Origin: an uncultured Planctomycetota bacterium
GTDB taxonomy: Bacteria > Planctomycetota > CAZGEP01
Length of the DNA stretch: 64,000 nt
Assembly: GCA_964524955.1 (NCBI GenBank)
Contig: CAZGEP010000001.1
Location: 1,811 to 65,810 of the forward strand
Reading direction: 5' to 3'
In this document: positions 36,179-45,898 of the stretch, piece by piece
Numbering within the stretch: the first letter of the stretch is position 1
Layout: every line of letters begins with the position of its first letter
Notes under the pieces: generated by a model
What the model saw: the letters and a program-made list of their open reading frames with translations, nothing else
The model's database searches: none
Told to the model about the DNA's origin: nothing
Made by a program: the position numbers and the translations under genes

Positions 36179-36312
36179 AATAAGGCTCCTTAATTAGTTT
36201 TTACCAGGGTAGCTCGTCTGTTGATTCCCAAAAGCTATATTTTTACCAAATAATTATAGCCGGAGAAAAGGGAATTCCAAGGAAATAAAATTGATGGGAA
36301 AAAATTATTTCC

Positions 36313-36343
36313 CTTGACAAATAACGGTTTGTGTATATTATAA
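36313..36343 (+). promoter_or_regulatory. sigma70-like promoter (TTGACA ... TGTATATTATAAT) for the MerR-family gene
   Basis: ttgacaaataacggtttgtgtatattataat; the -35 to -10 spacing is ambiguous. Confidence 0.3.
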
Positions 36344-36395
36344 TGTATAAAATGTAAAATATAAAGCATACTTATATTTGGGACAGGGTGATTTT

Positions 36396-36644
36396 ATGGC
36401 AGTCAAAAACAGACCAAAGAAGTTGTACAAGATTGGAGAGATTATGCGATTTACGGATCTCTCAAGGCAGACCGTTCATAATTACACGATGATGGGGTTG
36501 ATTACGGAGGCGGAACGCACGGAATCAGGTCACCGTCTGTATTCGGAGGACGTCTTTGACCGGATCGAAGAGATCAACCGGCTGAAAAAGACAATGACGC
36601 TTCAGGAGATCCGGAACCATATTCTGGATACTGAAGAGGAGTAA
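36396..36644 (+). CDS. MerR family transcriptional regulator (short, HTH + dimerisation helix)
   Basis: YKIGEIMRFTDLSRQTVHNYTMMGLI...SGHRLYSEDVFDRIEEINRLK is the MerR HTH signature. 82 aa from the ATG at 36396. Confidence 0.7.
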   Translation: MAVKNRPKKLYKIGEIMRFTDLSRQTVHNYTMMGLITEAERTESGHRLYSEDVFDRIEEINRLKKTMTLQEIRNHILDTEEE

Positions 36645-36700
36645 GTGGATTCTTTCTTTGTCGGCGATTCAGGTCGACGCTTGTTTTCTAGGGAATATAA

Positions 36701-39214
36701 ATGGCGGACAATGAAGAAATAAAAGATGAGTCTCTGTCTGAGGAAGAGATTGCTGAACAGGATATAGATGACGAGGATCTCTTTTCAGATGAGGACTTTG
36801 AGGACATCGAAGAGGCGGTAAGCTCCGGCATGCTGTCACGGCTCAGTGACAAGTGGCAGTATCCGCTGTTCGCGGTTTCCATGCTTGTGTTTCTCTATCT
36901 GGGTGTGGTTTCTCCTATGATGCTTCCGGAAGAAAAACAGACGCACCCTCCGGAGTATTACATTGAGAAGGCCCGGATGCATTACAGAGATGCTTTGACG
37001 TCGGGGATTAAGCAGTATACATCGGCTCGTGAAAAGAGTTTTGTGCATTTTTCATATCTGCTTAAGACGTATAACGATTATTTCAACGGGTCTCTGGAGT
37101 CGGATGATTATTTAATGGCTGGCGATGTGTTTTCCTACGGCCGAACAAAGGAGCGGGAGAATCTCAAGATGGCGCACCGGTTTTATGCCCGTTCGTATGC
37201 GGATCTGACGGCCGGCCGGGGTTTTGTTCCATTGGATAAGCGGTTGTATCTGCTCTATCGGATGGGAAAGGTGAGTTATAATCTCGGAGATTACACGGAT
37301 ACGGTTGAAAAGTACCGGCGTGTGGTTCGCTTGACCGGTGAGCGGGAACGGGAGAGCCTGCGCATGGAAAAAGCACCGTCCGACAGTGTGTACCGCGAGT
37401 CTTCGGCCGAACGCTTTACGGCACGGGAAAAGATGGATGTCTTTTTTATTCTTGCCGAATGTCTTAATTCTCTTGGAGAGACCAGGGAGGCCTTGCGTTT
37501 ATATAATTTGTACATCGCGGATGGTGTTAAGGACGCGCGTAAGCGGCGTGCCTATCTGGCTTCGGGTATTATTTATTTTGTCGACGGAGATTACAAGAAG
37601 GCCTATGAGCGGTACCGGGAGATTATTGACTGGGAAGGTGAGACTCTGGAAAATATGAATGTCTTTGCCCGGGCCGGGCATGCCCTGTTTAAGATGGGCC
37701 GACCACGGGCTGCGGTGAAGTATCTTGAGAAGGTCGTGAATCAGGAAATCAATGAAAATGGTGTGAGTCTTACACCCGTAGTTTTGCTCATTCTGGGCAA
37801 AAGCTACTTTGCCATGGGCAGGGATTTGCTTGCGCTGGAAATGCTGGCCCATCTCCGGCGCAATTATCCAAATTCCTTTGAAAAGGTGGGTGGAGAGACT
37901 GCTGTTGCGGATAATTATCTTGAGAAAAAAGAAAAAAAGGTCGCCGCGCACTGGTATGTGCGTATTATGAGAGACACGCAGAAAAATCTCTGGAAAAAGA
38001 ATCCATATGTGACTGAAGAGTATGTGGTCCGCCGAATCGAGGCGCTGGCCGAAGATCGGCTCAAAGCCAAGAACTATGCGGATGCCGTGGAACTCTACGA
38101 AGCCATGCTGACGTATGTGTCCGAAGATGTGTCCGTTCCCAGAGACCAGGTGCTTTTTCAAATTGCCTTTGCCCATGAAAAACTGGATAAATTCGAAAAA
38201 GCAGCCAAGGCATGTGATCGGATTCTGCTTGAAGCCGCAAATACGAATTTTCTGGAAAAGGCCTATAAGAAGAGCGCGGATCTTTATTACCGGGCCGGGC
38301 TTTTTGCCAGAGCTTATGATCGGTACAAGAGTTTTGCACGAATCTTTTACGACAGCCCGGAACTCTACCTGGCCCGGTACCGGCTGGGATTGTGCGCGCG
38401 AAAGATCGGACGGTGCGAAGAGGCGCTTGCCTGTTTTGAACGCAATGAGAGCAAGGCGCCCAGCAATACGTATACATACTTTTCCATTTTTGAGAAAGGT
38501 AAGACTTATGAGTTGATGGGAAAATATGAAAAAGCAGCGGATGTGTATATGAACCAGATCGTGCGTGACACGCTCGAACGTTTTACACCGGATTCGTACA
38601 TCTGGCGCGATGCTACGCTGGAACTCGGTAAGCTCAAGTGCCGGCTGGGGGAATACGACCAGGCGGTCTACTGGCTGACGGATTTTATTGAGCGCTATCC
38701 GCTCAAATCGTATGAGAACAAATACAGTGATTCCAGGGAATTTGAACGGGGGCTATTCCGCGAAATGTCGGAGAAACATTTTAATGCCGGATACTGGTTG
38801 GGATTATCCTGCTTTGAACAGCAGCAGTATGACAAAGCCAGAAACATTTTCAGGACACTCTTTAAGGTGGAGCCGGTTCCGGACAAGGAAAAACTCAAGT
38901 ACGCAACCATATACATCGGTGACACCTATTATTTTCAAAAACAGTACAAGGATGCGATTGAGGCATACCGGGAAGCCATGAGCACGTATATGCGGGATGT
39001 GGAAGGACCCTATATCGGTTTTCAGATTGCAAACTGTTACCGGGCGCTCAAGGATTACGACAGCGCACTTCGCGAGTACAAACGGGCCAGCTGGGCCTTT
39101 AACCGGCTGACCGCCGGGTCGTTTTCCGGTTATCCGCAGGGATTTAAGAAAAAATTCTGGCAGGCGGTGGTGGAGTGGAATGTGGCGCAGAGCTCCTGGT
39201 TCAAGAACAATTAA
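36701..39214 (+). CDS. Tetratricopeptide-repeat protein with acidic N-terminus and one TM segment
   Basis: Repeated TPR-like A..Y....G.Y..A helix pairs over about 700 aa. Asp/Glu-rich N-term. Hydrophobic segment YPLFAVSMLVFLYLGVV. Confidence 0.65.
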   Translation: MADNEEIKDESLSEEEIAEQDIDDEDLFSDEDFEDIEEAVSSGMLSRLSDKWQYPLFAVSMLVFLYLGVVSPMMLPEEKQTHPPEYYIEKARMHYRDALTSGIKQYTSAREKSFVHFSYLLKTYNDYFNGSLESDDYLMAGDVFSYGRTKERENLKMAHRFYARSYADLTAGRGFVPLDKRLYLLYRMGKVSYNLGDYTDTVEKYRRVVRLTGERERESLRMEKAPSDSVYRESSAERFTAREKMDVFFILAECLNSLGETREALRLYNLYIADGVKDARKRRAYLASGIIYFVDGDYKKAYERYREIIDWEGETLENMNVFARAGHALFKMGRPRAAVKYLEKVVNQEINENGVSLTPVVLLILGKSYFAMGRDLLALEMLAHLRRNYPNSFEKVGGETAVADNYLEKKEKKVAAHWYVRIMRDTQKNLWKKNPYVTEEYVVRRIEALAEDRLKAKNYADAVELYEAMLTYVSEDVSVPRDQVLFQIAFAHEKLDKFEKAAKACDRILLEAANTNFLEKAYKKSADLYYRAGLFARAYDRYKSFARIFYDSPELYLARYRLGLCARKIGRCEEALACFERNESKAPSNTYTYFSIFEKGKTYELMGKYEKAADVYMNQIVRDTLERFTPDSYIWRDATLELGKLKCRLGEYDQAVYWLTDFIERYPLKSYENKYSDSREFERGLFREMSEKHFNAGYWLGLSCFEQQQYDKARNIFRTLFKVEPVPDKEKLKYATIYIGDTYYFQKQYKDAIEAYREAMSTYMRDVEGPYIGFQIANCYRALKDYDSALREYKRASWAFNRLTAGSFSGYPQGFKKKFWQAVVEWNVAQSSWFKNN

Positions 39215-39228
39215 CGCAGGGAAAGACG

Positions 39229-39672
39229 ATGTCTGAGAATACACACACACTGGAAAGCGGACTTAAAGCAGAGCTCGAACACTACAGAAGCATACTGCAG
39301 CTTTCACGGAAACAGGGAACAGCTATTGATTCCGGCGATACCAATCAATTGCTGAACCTGCTTGAACAGAAGAAAGATTTGATTGAGAAAATCAATGGTG
39401 TGGAAAAGGATATTTCTGTGTTCAAGCAGCAGTGGGAAACCAGGAGAGAGGCCTATGGTGAGGAGGAACGATCAGGGATTGAGACACTTTTTACAGACAT
39501 TCGGGAGGTGCTTTCGCAAATCATTGAATATGAGGACAAAAGCCGCGGGCGTGCGGAAGGAAAGAAGGCCGATACCTCCAAAAAGCTGGAGGGCAAGGCC
39601 AACCTCAAGCGTATTCGCCGTGCCTACGGTGGTGGAAGCAGCGGTAATCACATTGTTGACGGGTTGAAATGA
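39229..39672 (+). CDS. FlgN-like flagellar export chaperone (putative)
   Basis: About 147 aa, all-helical, with LLNLLEQKKDLIEKI and QQWETRREAY patterns like the FlgN family. Position is immediately upstream of the flagellar two-component system. Confidence 0.35.
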   Translation: MSENTHTLESGLKAELEHYRSILQLSRKQGTAIDSGDTNQLLNLLEQKKDLIEKINGVEKDISVFKQQWETRREAYGEEERSGIETLFTDIREVLSQIIEYEDKSRGRAEGKKADTSKKLEGKANLKRIRRAYGGGSSGNHIVDGLK

Positions 39673-40514
39673 ATAAACTGGCGGAATCGGAAAACATAAG
39701 CATTGAGCGGTTGAAGGAGATCTTCGACAGCTTCAACGCAACGACGGAAAGTCTCAAGGCCACGCATGAACGGTTGAGCCGTAAGGTAGAGGCCCTTCAA
39801 AAGGAACTCGAAGAGAAAAACCGCGAGCTGGCGCAGAAGGAAAAACTGGCCGCACTCGGTCAGATGGCTGCAGGGATTGCACACGAGATCCGAAATCCTC
39901 TGGGCGGAATTGAGCTTTACCTGAGTACCCTGGCCCGTTCCGGAAATATCGGTGAAAAGGAAAAGGATGTTGTGGGCAAGATGATGAAGGGTATTGTGCG
40001 CCTGAACCGGACCGTTTCCGACCTTCTGGATTACACACGGGATGTTACTCCGCAGCCCAGAGACTGCGGAGTGGCTGAAATACTGGAAGAATCCTTTGCC
40101 ACGCTGGCTCGGGAGATTGAGAGTCGGGAGATATCCGTGGACCGAACGTACAATGACCGCGATTATTTTCACTTGGATCCGGACCTCCTGCAGCATGTTT
40201 TTCTCAACATTATACTCAACGCGGTCCAGGCCGTGGGCGAGAAGGGACGAATCGCTGTCACGCTGGACCGGGTACCGGAAAACCGGCTAAAAATAACATT
40301 TGAAGATACAGGCCCGGGCATTCCCGATGATGTGGCGCAGCGGATGTTTGATCCTTTTTACACCAGCAAGAGTACGGGAATCGGGCTGGGGCTGGCAATT
40401 GTGAGCAACATTGTCAAGGCTCACGGAGGAGAGATCCGCTGCGGAAACAGGCAACAGGGAGGCGCTTTTTTTATCATTGAAATACCGGGATCGGAAGGCG
40501 GCACAGGCGAATGA
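39669..40514 (+). CDS. Cytoplasmic sensor histidine kinase, FlgS/FleS/FlrB-like
   Basis: No TM. Coiled-coil N-term. H-box AAGIAHEIRNPLGGI; N, G1 and G2 boxes (ILNAVQAV, FEDTGPGI, GIGLGLAIV). Confidence 0.8.
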   Translation: MNKLAESENISIERLKEIFDSFNATTESLKATHERLSRKVEALQKELEEKNRELAQKEKLAALGQMAAGIAHEIRNPLGGIELYLSTLARSGNIGEKEKDVVGKMMKGIVRLNRTVSDLLDYTRDVTPQPRDCGVAEILEESFATLAREIESREISVDRTYNDRDYFHLDPDLLQHVFLNIILNAVQAVGEKGRIAVTLDRVPENRLKITFEDTGPGIPDDVAQRMFDPFYTSKSTGIGLGLAIVSNIVKAHGGEIRCGNRQQGGAFFIIEIPGSEGGTGE

Positions 40515-41875
40515 GCAACAGCAAGATTATAGTAATCGATGACCAGGAAATCATGCGAGAGTCTCTGGAAACCGCACTCACAGACTGCGGATATTCCGTG
40601 GATTCCTTTGCCAGCGGTGTGGATGCGCTGGAGCGGGTGCGTAAGATTTCACCGGACCTGGTGATTACGGATATCCGAATGCCCGAGATGGACGGGATGG
40701 AGGTGCTGCGTAATGTCAAAGATGTGGATGCCACCATCCCTGTGATTGTGATTACCGCTTACGGAACCGTTGAAAACGCGGTCAAAGCCATGAAGGCGGG
40801 TGCGGAAGACTACATTATGAAACCCTTCAAGGTCGAGGAGATCGAGATTGTGGTCAACCGGGCCCTGGAAAACCGAAATCTGCGTTCGGAAAACCGTATG
40901 CTCAAGGACGTGCTCAGGGACTACACAGGCACCGCAGAGATGGTAGGCAAAGACGCGGCCATGAAAAAACTTTATGAACAGATTGAGCGGATCGCGGACA
41001 GCGAATCCACGGTATTGATTCGCGGAGAAAGCGGAACAGGCAAAGAGCTGGTGGCCCGTGCGGTGCATTACCAGGGAAACCGGTCCGATGAACCGTTTGT
41101 GCGGGTTAACTGCGCAGCCCTTTCCGCCGGACTGCTTGAAAGCGAACTCTTCGGACATGAAAAGGGTGCCTTTACCGGAGCGGACAAACAACGGGTCGGC
41201 CGGTTTGAGGTTGCGGGTAAGGGAACCATACTGCTGGATGAGGTCAGTGAAATCGACATGAATCTTCAGGCAAAACTTTTGCGCGTTCTCCAGGAAAGGG
41301 AGTTTGAGCGGGTCGGCAGCAATGAAGTCAAGAGCGTCTATGCCCGGGTGATTGCCACAACCAACCGGGATCTGGAAAAGATGGTTTCTAACGGTAATTT
41401 CCGCCACGACCTCTACTATCGTCTGAACGTGGTTCCGTTGCAGATCCCGCCGCTTCGGGAGCGGAAAAAAGATATTCCCCGTCTGGTGGATTTCTTTCTT
41501 GCCACGTATTATGCCAAGATCGGTATGAAACCTGAAACACCGGACAAGAAGGCAATCAAGCTGCTTACAGAATACTCCTGGCCCGGTAATGTCCGGGAAC
41601 TGGAAAATATTATCGAACGGTCCGTGGTTCTCTATCCCGGAGACGCTTTGTCCACGGATTACCTGTCCACGGTCCTGGGAGGGGCATCGGTTGCCCGCCC
41701 GCCTTCTGGTCAGGAATATGACACCGGTAAACCGCTTAAAGACATTGAGAAGGATTACATACTCAAGACTCTGGACGCCATGGGTGGAAACCGTACCCAA
41801 ACCGCACGTGTGCTGGAGATTGGTGAACGCACCCTGCGGGACAAGCTAAAGAAATGGAAAGAGGACGATGAGTAG
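40511..41875 (+). CDS. Sigma-54-dependent response regulator (NtrC family; FlgR/FleR/FlrC-like)
   Basis: Receiver (DLVITDIRMPEMDG). AAA+ sigma54 activator (GESGTGKELVARAVH, GAFTGA, ESELFGHEKGAFTGA). C-terminal Fis-type HTH. Confidence 0.9.
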   Translation: MSNSKIIVIDDQEIMRESLETALTDCGYSVDSFASGVDALERVRKISPDLVITDIRMPEMDGMEVLRNVKDVDATIPVIVITAYGTVENAVKAMKAGAEDYIMKPFKVEEIEIVVNRALENRNLRSENRMLKDVLRDYTGTAEMVGKDAAMKKLYEQIERIADSESTVLIRGESGTGKELVARAVHYQGNRSDEPFVRVNCAALSAGLLESELFGHEKGAFTGADKQRVGRFEVAGKGTILLDEVSEIDMNLQAKLLRVLQEREFERVGSNEVKSVYARVIATTNRDLEKMVSNGNFRHDLYYRLNVVPLQIPPLRERKKDIPRLVDFFLATYYAKIGMKPETPDKKAIKLLTEYSWPGNVRELENIIERSVVLYPGDALSTDYLSTVLGGASVARPPSGQEYDTGKPLKDIEKDYILKTLDAMGGNRTQTARVLEIGERTLRDKLKKWKEDDE

Positions 41876-41880
41876 GCAAT

Positions 41881-41896
41881 TGGAATATTTATTGCT
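41881..41896 (+). promoter_or_regulatory. Candidate sigma-54 promoter (TGGaatatttatTGCt; GG/GC at canonical -24/-12 spacing) upstream of flgB
   Basis: Matches TGGCAC-N5-TTGCW in both conserved dinucleotides and spacing. 60 nt upstream of the flgB ATG, immediately downstream of the sigma54-activator gene. Confidence 0.5.
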
Positions 41897-41956
41897 CTTT
41901 TATTATACAGACGATCAGGTACGTTGGGCATTGTAATTTTATAAGGTGTTGACAAA

Positions 41957-42397
41957 ATGGGTATTATGAATATGATTTTCTCAGGCAAAGGCCAGCTTCC
42001 CGTGGTAAGAAGGTCTGCGGAATTTGCCGAAAAACGGCATAAACTGATAGCCAATAATATTGCCAACATGGATACACCGGGTTATCGTGCCAAAGACCTC
42101 GATACCAAGAGTTTTTTCAAAGCCCTGCGCACAGCCATTGATGAACGGGAAAAGCATCACCCGCGGACATTTGAATTTGAGGGTGGTCGGAATATAGATA
42201 TAAGCCCTTATGGAAAAGCAAATTACAGGACAATCGTTCCTCCCGATTCCGCAACCCTGCGCCACGACGGAAACAATGTGGAAGTGGAACATGAAATGAC
42301 CAAGATGGTCAAGAATACCTTTTATTACAAGTTCTGCACACAGCGGATGCAGAGTGTGTACCGGAAACTCAAATCCGCTGTGGTCGGCCGCAGCTGA
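41957..42397 (+). CDS. flgB: Flagellar basal-body rod protein FlgB
   Basis: N-term rod motif ANNIANMDTPGYRAKDLD. 146 aa. Confidence 0.85.
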   Translation: MGIMNMIFSGKGQLPVVRRSAEFAEKRHKLIANNIANMDTPGYRAKDLDTKSFFKALRTAIDEREKHHPRTFEFEGGRNIDISPYGKANYRTIVPPDSATLRHDGNNVEVEHEMTKMVKNTFYYKFCTQRMQSVYRKLKSAVVGRS

Positions 42398-42413
42398 TTG
42401 AAGGAGACGGATT

Positions 42414-42833
42414 ATGCTAAATATGTTTACGGCAATGGATATCGGGGCATCCGGGCTTAGGGCCCAGAAAATGCGAATGAACGTCATTGCCAATAACATG
42501 GCGAACATTACGACCACCCGGGATCGTCACGGAAACAATGTTCCCTATCGTCGGCAGCTGCCTATTTTTATGAGCGGCGCCGATACCGTTAACGGCAATC
42601 CGGAGCTGGGGGTTCAGGTATCGGAAATCATTGAATCCAAGGCGCAGTTCCGAAAGGTATTCAACCCGGATCATCCGGACGCAAACAAAGACGGATATGT
42701 CCTCTATCCCAACGTGCGGATGCCAGTGGAAATGATCAACATGATTGAGGCTTCCCGGGCGTACGAAGCAAACGTCCGCAGCATGGAAGCCGCGAAAACC
42801 ATGTTTACGAGCGCATTAAATATTTTGAAGTAA
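42414..42833 (+). CDS. flgC: Flagellar basal-body rod protein FlgC
   Basis: MDIGASGLRAQKMRMNVIANNMANITTT and C-terminal EMINMIEASRAYEANV. Confidence 0.9.
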   Translation: MLNMFTAMDIGASGLRAQKMRMNVIANNMANITTTRDRHGNNVPYRRQLPIFMSGADTVNGNPELGVQVSEIIESKAQFRKVFNPDHPDANKDGYVLYPNVRMPVEMINMIEASRAYEANVRSMEAAKTMFTSALNILK

Positions 42834-42845
42834 CGGAGGTGAATT

Positions 42846-43160
42846 ATGGCTGATCCTGCAAACGGTATGCGACCTATTGGTCCCGGGACCGGGCCTCTCG
42901 GACCCGGCAAAGCGGGTGAGGTGAAAAACGGAAGTCCGGAGGTCAGCTTTCAGGATGTTCTCAAGGATTCCATTATGGAAGTCAACAAGCTTGAGGGCGA
43001 AGCATCCAAGGCGGTCAACGACCTGGTTACCGGCAAAACCAGCGACATGACCGAGGTGATGAACGCGGTAAAGAAATCGGAACTGGCCTTTACCACGTTA
43101 ATGGAGATACGGAACAAACTTGTTGAGGCATACGATGAAGTAATCCGAATGAGATTCTGA
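42846..43160 (+). CDS. fliE: Flagellar hook-basal body protein FliE
   Basis: SFQDVLKDSI...SDMTEVMNAVKKSELAF. 104 aa. Confidence 0.8.
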   Translation: MADPANGMRPIGPGTGPLGPGKAGEVKNGSPEVSFQDVLKDSIMEVNKLEGEASKAVNDLVTGKTSDMTEVMNAVKKSELAFTTLMEIRNKLVEAYDEVIRMRF

Positions 43161-43233
43161 TTCATTATGAGAATGGTCCCCCACGGGACATAACCGATAA
43201 CGCAGTCAAACTTTTCACGGGGGTGGGAGTTCG

Positions 43234-44838
43234 ATGGACAAGCTACGGAAAGTATTACAGGCTTTGAGAGCCGCAATTTACCGAATGTCAGCGGTTCAGA
43301 AAGTTACATTATTCATGTTCGGGGGTACGGTTTTTGTTACCCTGCTTTTACTGACATTCATGGGAATGAAATCTTCCTATGAAGTTTTGTACGACAATAT
43401 TCCCCAGGATCGTCAGGCCGAATTATTGAAAACGCTTGAATCGTATGGTGTGGAGCCCCAGGTCGAGGGGGCAACGATCCGTGTTCGCAAGGGAAAGGCC
43501 CGCGAGATATACTACAAACTCGCCAGAGATGGTGCCCTGCCCAAGGAAGGGGAATACGGCTTTCTTAAGATGATCAAAGACAAAAGTTTTACGGTCAGCG
43601 AACGTCAGCGCAACCGGGAGTACAAGATCGCGCTGGAGCATGAACTCCAGCGGATTATCTCGAATTTCGAATCCGTGGCCGGTGCCCGCGTTATGGTAAG
43701 CCAGCAGACCGATACCAGTGTCTTTCTGAGCAAGGAAGACCTGCCCACAGCCGCAATCCAAGTCAAAAGTTATTCAAGCGAAGGTATCAATCCACGGGAA
43801 GCGCGCGCCATTATCCGTTTGGTGGCTTCATCTGTCAAGCGGCTGAAACCGGAGAATGTGACCCTGACGGATCAGTTCGGCAATGATTTTGAAATCAGTG
43901 AGGACAATATGGCAGGCGGAGGCAGCGGACGGAATTCGCGGATGGATCTCCGGCGTAAACTGGAAAAGGAATATGAGAAAAAGGCGGAGGAGGTCCTGGG
44001 ATTTCTTCGTAAAAAACCTGGTGACCGGGTGGTTGCAAAGGTCAGTGTCAAGTTGGACCTGGACAAGATTGTAGAGGAGTCCCGCAAAGTCAATCCGGAT
44101 GAAATCGTTCCCAAGAGCGAAAGCAAGACATCGGAACGATCTGAAAGTTCTTCAAAGGAAGGCGGCGCACCCGGCTATAATGCCAATCAGCGAGCTAAGA
44201 TAACCAGCGAAACCGGTGAAAAGACGGAGACCTCCAAGGATGACAAGGATATTGTGTATGATTACTCCACGGAAATAAAACGAATCGAAAAGACTCCGGG
44301 CGCCATATCTGACTTGACGGTTGCAATCGTTATTCCGGAAAAAATAGAGACTGCGGAGAAAAAGCCTGCGGAAGGAGAGGGCGGTGAAGAGGTCGAAGCA
44401 GACGCCGCTGATGGAACCCCCGCAACGAAGACGGTTCCCTATTCTCCGAAAAGAATCAGTGAATTCAAAGCCCTGGTGGCCGGGGCACTCGGGCTCAAGA
44501 CCATGGACAATATCGCGATTTCCAGCGCAGCCTTTCCCTCCCCGGGACAGCTGATTGATAAACCCGGGATTTTTGAAAATATCGGGAATTTTATTCCGCA
44601 GGGATTTGATATCAAATCCCTCTTTTTGCTGGTTCTGATTGCGTACGCCTTGTACAAACTGGCCAATATTGCCCGGACTCAGGACACGGAGGAGGAAATT
44701 GCGGACGAGGAAATAACGGCAGCAACACCGGATCAGCGGGATCAGCAGGAGGAAAAACTGCGCAGTGAACTGACCAGCATTATTGAACAGGACCCGGCAA
44801 AAGCCGCGAGTGTTGTCCGAAAGTGGTCGGTTTCCTGA
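43234..44838 (+). CDS. fliF: Flagellar MS-ring protein FliF
   Basis: N-terminal TM, YscJ/FliF family blocks (YEVLYDNIPQDRQAELLKTLES). C-terminal TM and FliG-binding tail. Confidence 0.85.
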   Translation: MDKLRKVLQALRAAIYRMSAVQKVTLFMFGGTVFVTLLLLTFMGMKSSYEVLYDNIPQDRQAELLKTLESYGVEPQVEGATIRVRKGKAREIYYKLARDGALPKEGEYGFLKMIKDKSFTVSERQRNREYKIALEHELQRIISNFESVAGARVMVSQQTDTSVFLSKEDLPTAAIQVKSYSSEGINPREARAIIRLVASSVKRLKPENVTLTDQFGNDFEISEDNMAGGGSGRNSRMDLRRKLEKEYEKKAEEVLGFLRKKPGDRVVAKVSVKLDLDKIVEESRKVNPDEIVPKSESKTSERSESSSKEGGAPGYNANQRAKITSETGEKTETSKDDKDIVYDYSTEIKRIEKTPGAISDLTVAIVIPEKIETAEKKPAEGEGGEEVEADAADGTPATKTVPYSPKRISEFKALVAGALGLKTMDNIAISSAAFPSPGQLIDKPGIFENIGNFIPQGFDIKSLFLLVLIAYALYKLANIARTQDTEEEIADEEITAATPDQRDQQEEKLRSELTSIIEQDPAKAASVVRKWSVS

Positions 44839-44869
44839 AAACCGGATAACCGTAAATTGAGGCGGGATA

Positions 44870-45898
44870 ATGGCAAAAAAGAAAGACAGCAAGGAAAAGG
44901 ACTTGAGCGGACTCCAGAAATCAGCCGTACTGCTCGTATCACTGGATACTGGAAATGCCGCGAAAATACTCAGCAATCTCGACACCGAGACCGTTGAAAA
45001 GATCAGCATGGAAATCGCGCGCATGGATGAAATTCCTCAGGAGACACGGGACAGGGTGTTGGAGGAATATCACCAGACCATGCTGGCCTCCCGCTACATT
45101 GAGCAGGGCGGTATTCAGTATGCGCAGACCCTTCTGGAACAGTCCCTGAATCAGGAAGAGGCCAGCCGTATCATTGGTGACCTGCAGGAGACGATCCAGC
45201 AGACACCCTTTCATTTCCTGCTCAAGGCGGAACCGGAAAACATACTGACATTTATTCAGGACGAGCACCCGCAGACCATTTCCCTGATTCTGGCACACCT
45301 GCAGCCGGGGCAGGCCGCATCCGTGCTGAGCGGACTGTCGCCCAAAATACAGATTGAGGTGATTAAGCGGATTGCCAAGATGGAGCAGACCACTCCAGAG
45401 GCCATCCGCGAAGTGGAGCGAAGCCTGGAGGTGCGGCTGTCATCGATCGTGAATCAGGAATTTGAGGAGGTGGGCGGTTTTGATTCCGTGGCCGAGATGC
45501 TCAATCTGACGGACCGGTCCACGGAAAAGGGAATTCTGGAAAACATGGAGGAAGAGGATCCGGATCTGGTAGAGGAAATTCGCAGAAGGATGTTTGTCTT
45601 TGAAGACATTATCCTGGTTAATGACAAGGGTATTCAGCAGGTGTTGCGTGAGGTGGACAATGATGAGCTTGGTCTGGCGCTCAAGACGGCTTCCGATGAG
45701 CTGAAAACCAAGATATTCAACAATATGTCCGAACGCGCAGCTGAAACCACCAAGGAAAACATGGAGTTCATGGGCCCGGTTCGCGTTGCGGATGTTGAGG
45801 CTGCGCAGCAGAAAATTGTGGATATTGTACGGCGGCTGGAGGAGGCTGGCGATATTATTATTCAGGGTAAGGGCGGCGATGATGAAGTTGTGGTCTAA
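44870..45898 (+). CDS. fliG: Flagellar motor switch protein FliG
   Basis: KSAVLLVSLDTGNAAKILSNLD..., C-terminal torque helix region. 342 aa. Confidence 0.9.
   Translation: MAKKKDSKEKDLSGLQKSAVLLVSLDTGNAAKILSNLDTETVEKISMEIARMDEIPQETRDRVLEEYHQTMLASRYIEQGGIQYAQTLLEQSLNQEEASRIIGDLQETIQQTPFHFLLKAEPENILTFIQDEHPQTISLILAHLQPGQAASVLSGLSPKIQIEVIKRIAKMEQTTPEAIREVERSLEVRLSSIVNQEFEEVGGFDSVAEMLNLTDRSTEKGILENMEEEDPDLVEEIRRRMFVFEDIILVNDKGIQQVLREVDNDELGLALKTASDELKTKIFNNMSERAAETTKENMEFMGPVRVADVEAAQQKIVDIVRRLEEAGDIIIQGKGGDDEVVV

Noticed and set aside
35112-36300. TPP riboswitch upstream of thiC
   Set aside because: thiC starts 8 nt after the preceding gene. The leader of that gene (36179-36300) lacks the conserved CUGAGA / ACCUGAUCUGGAUAAUGC cores on the coding strand. 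No riboswitch is called.
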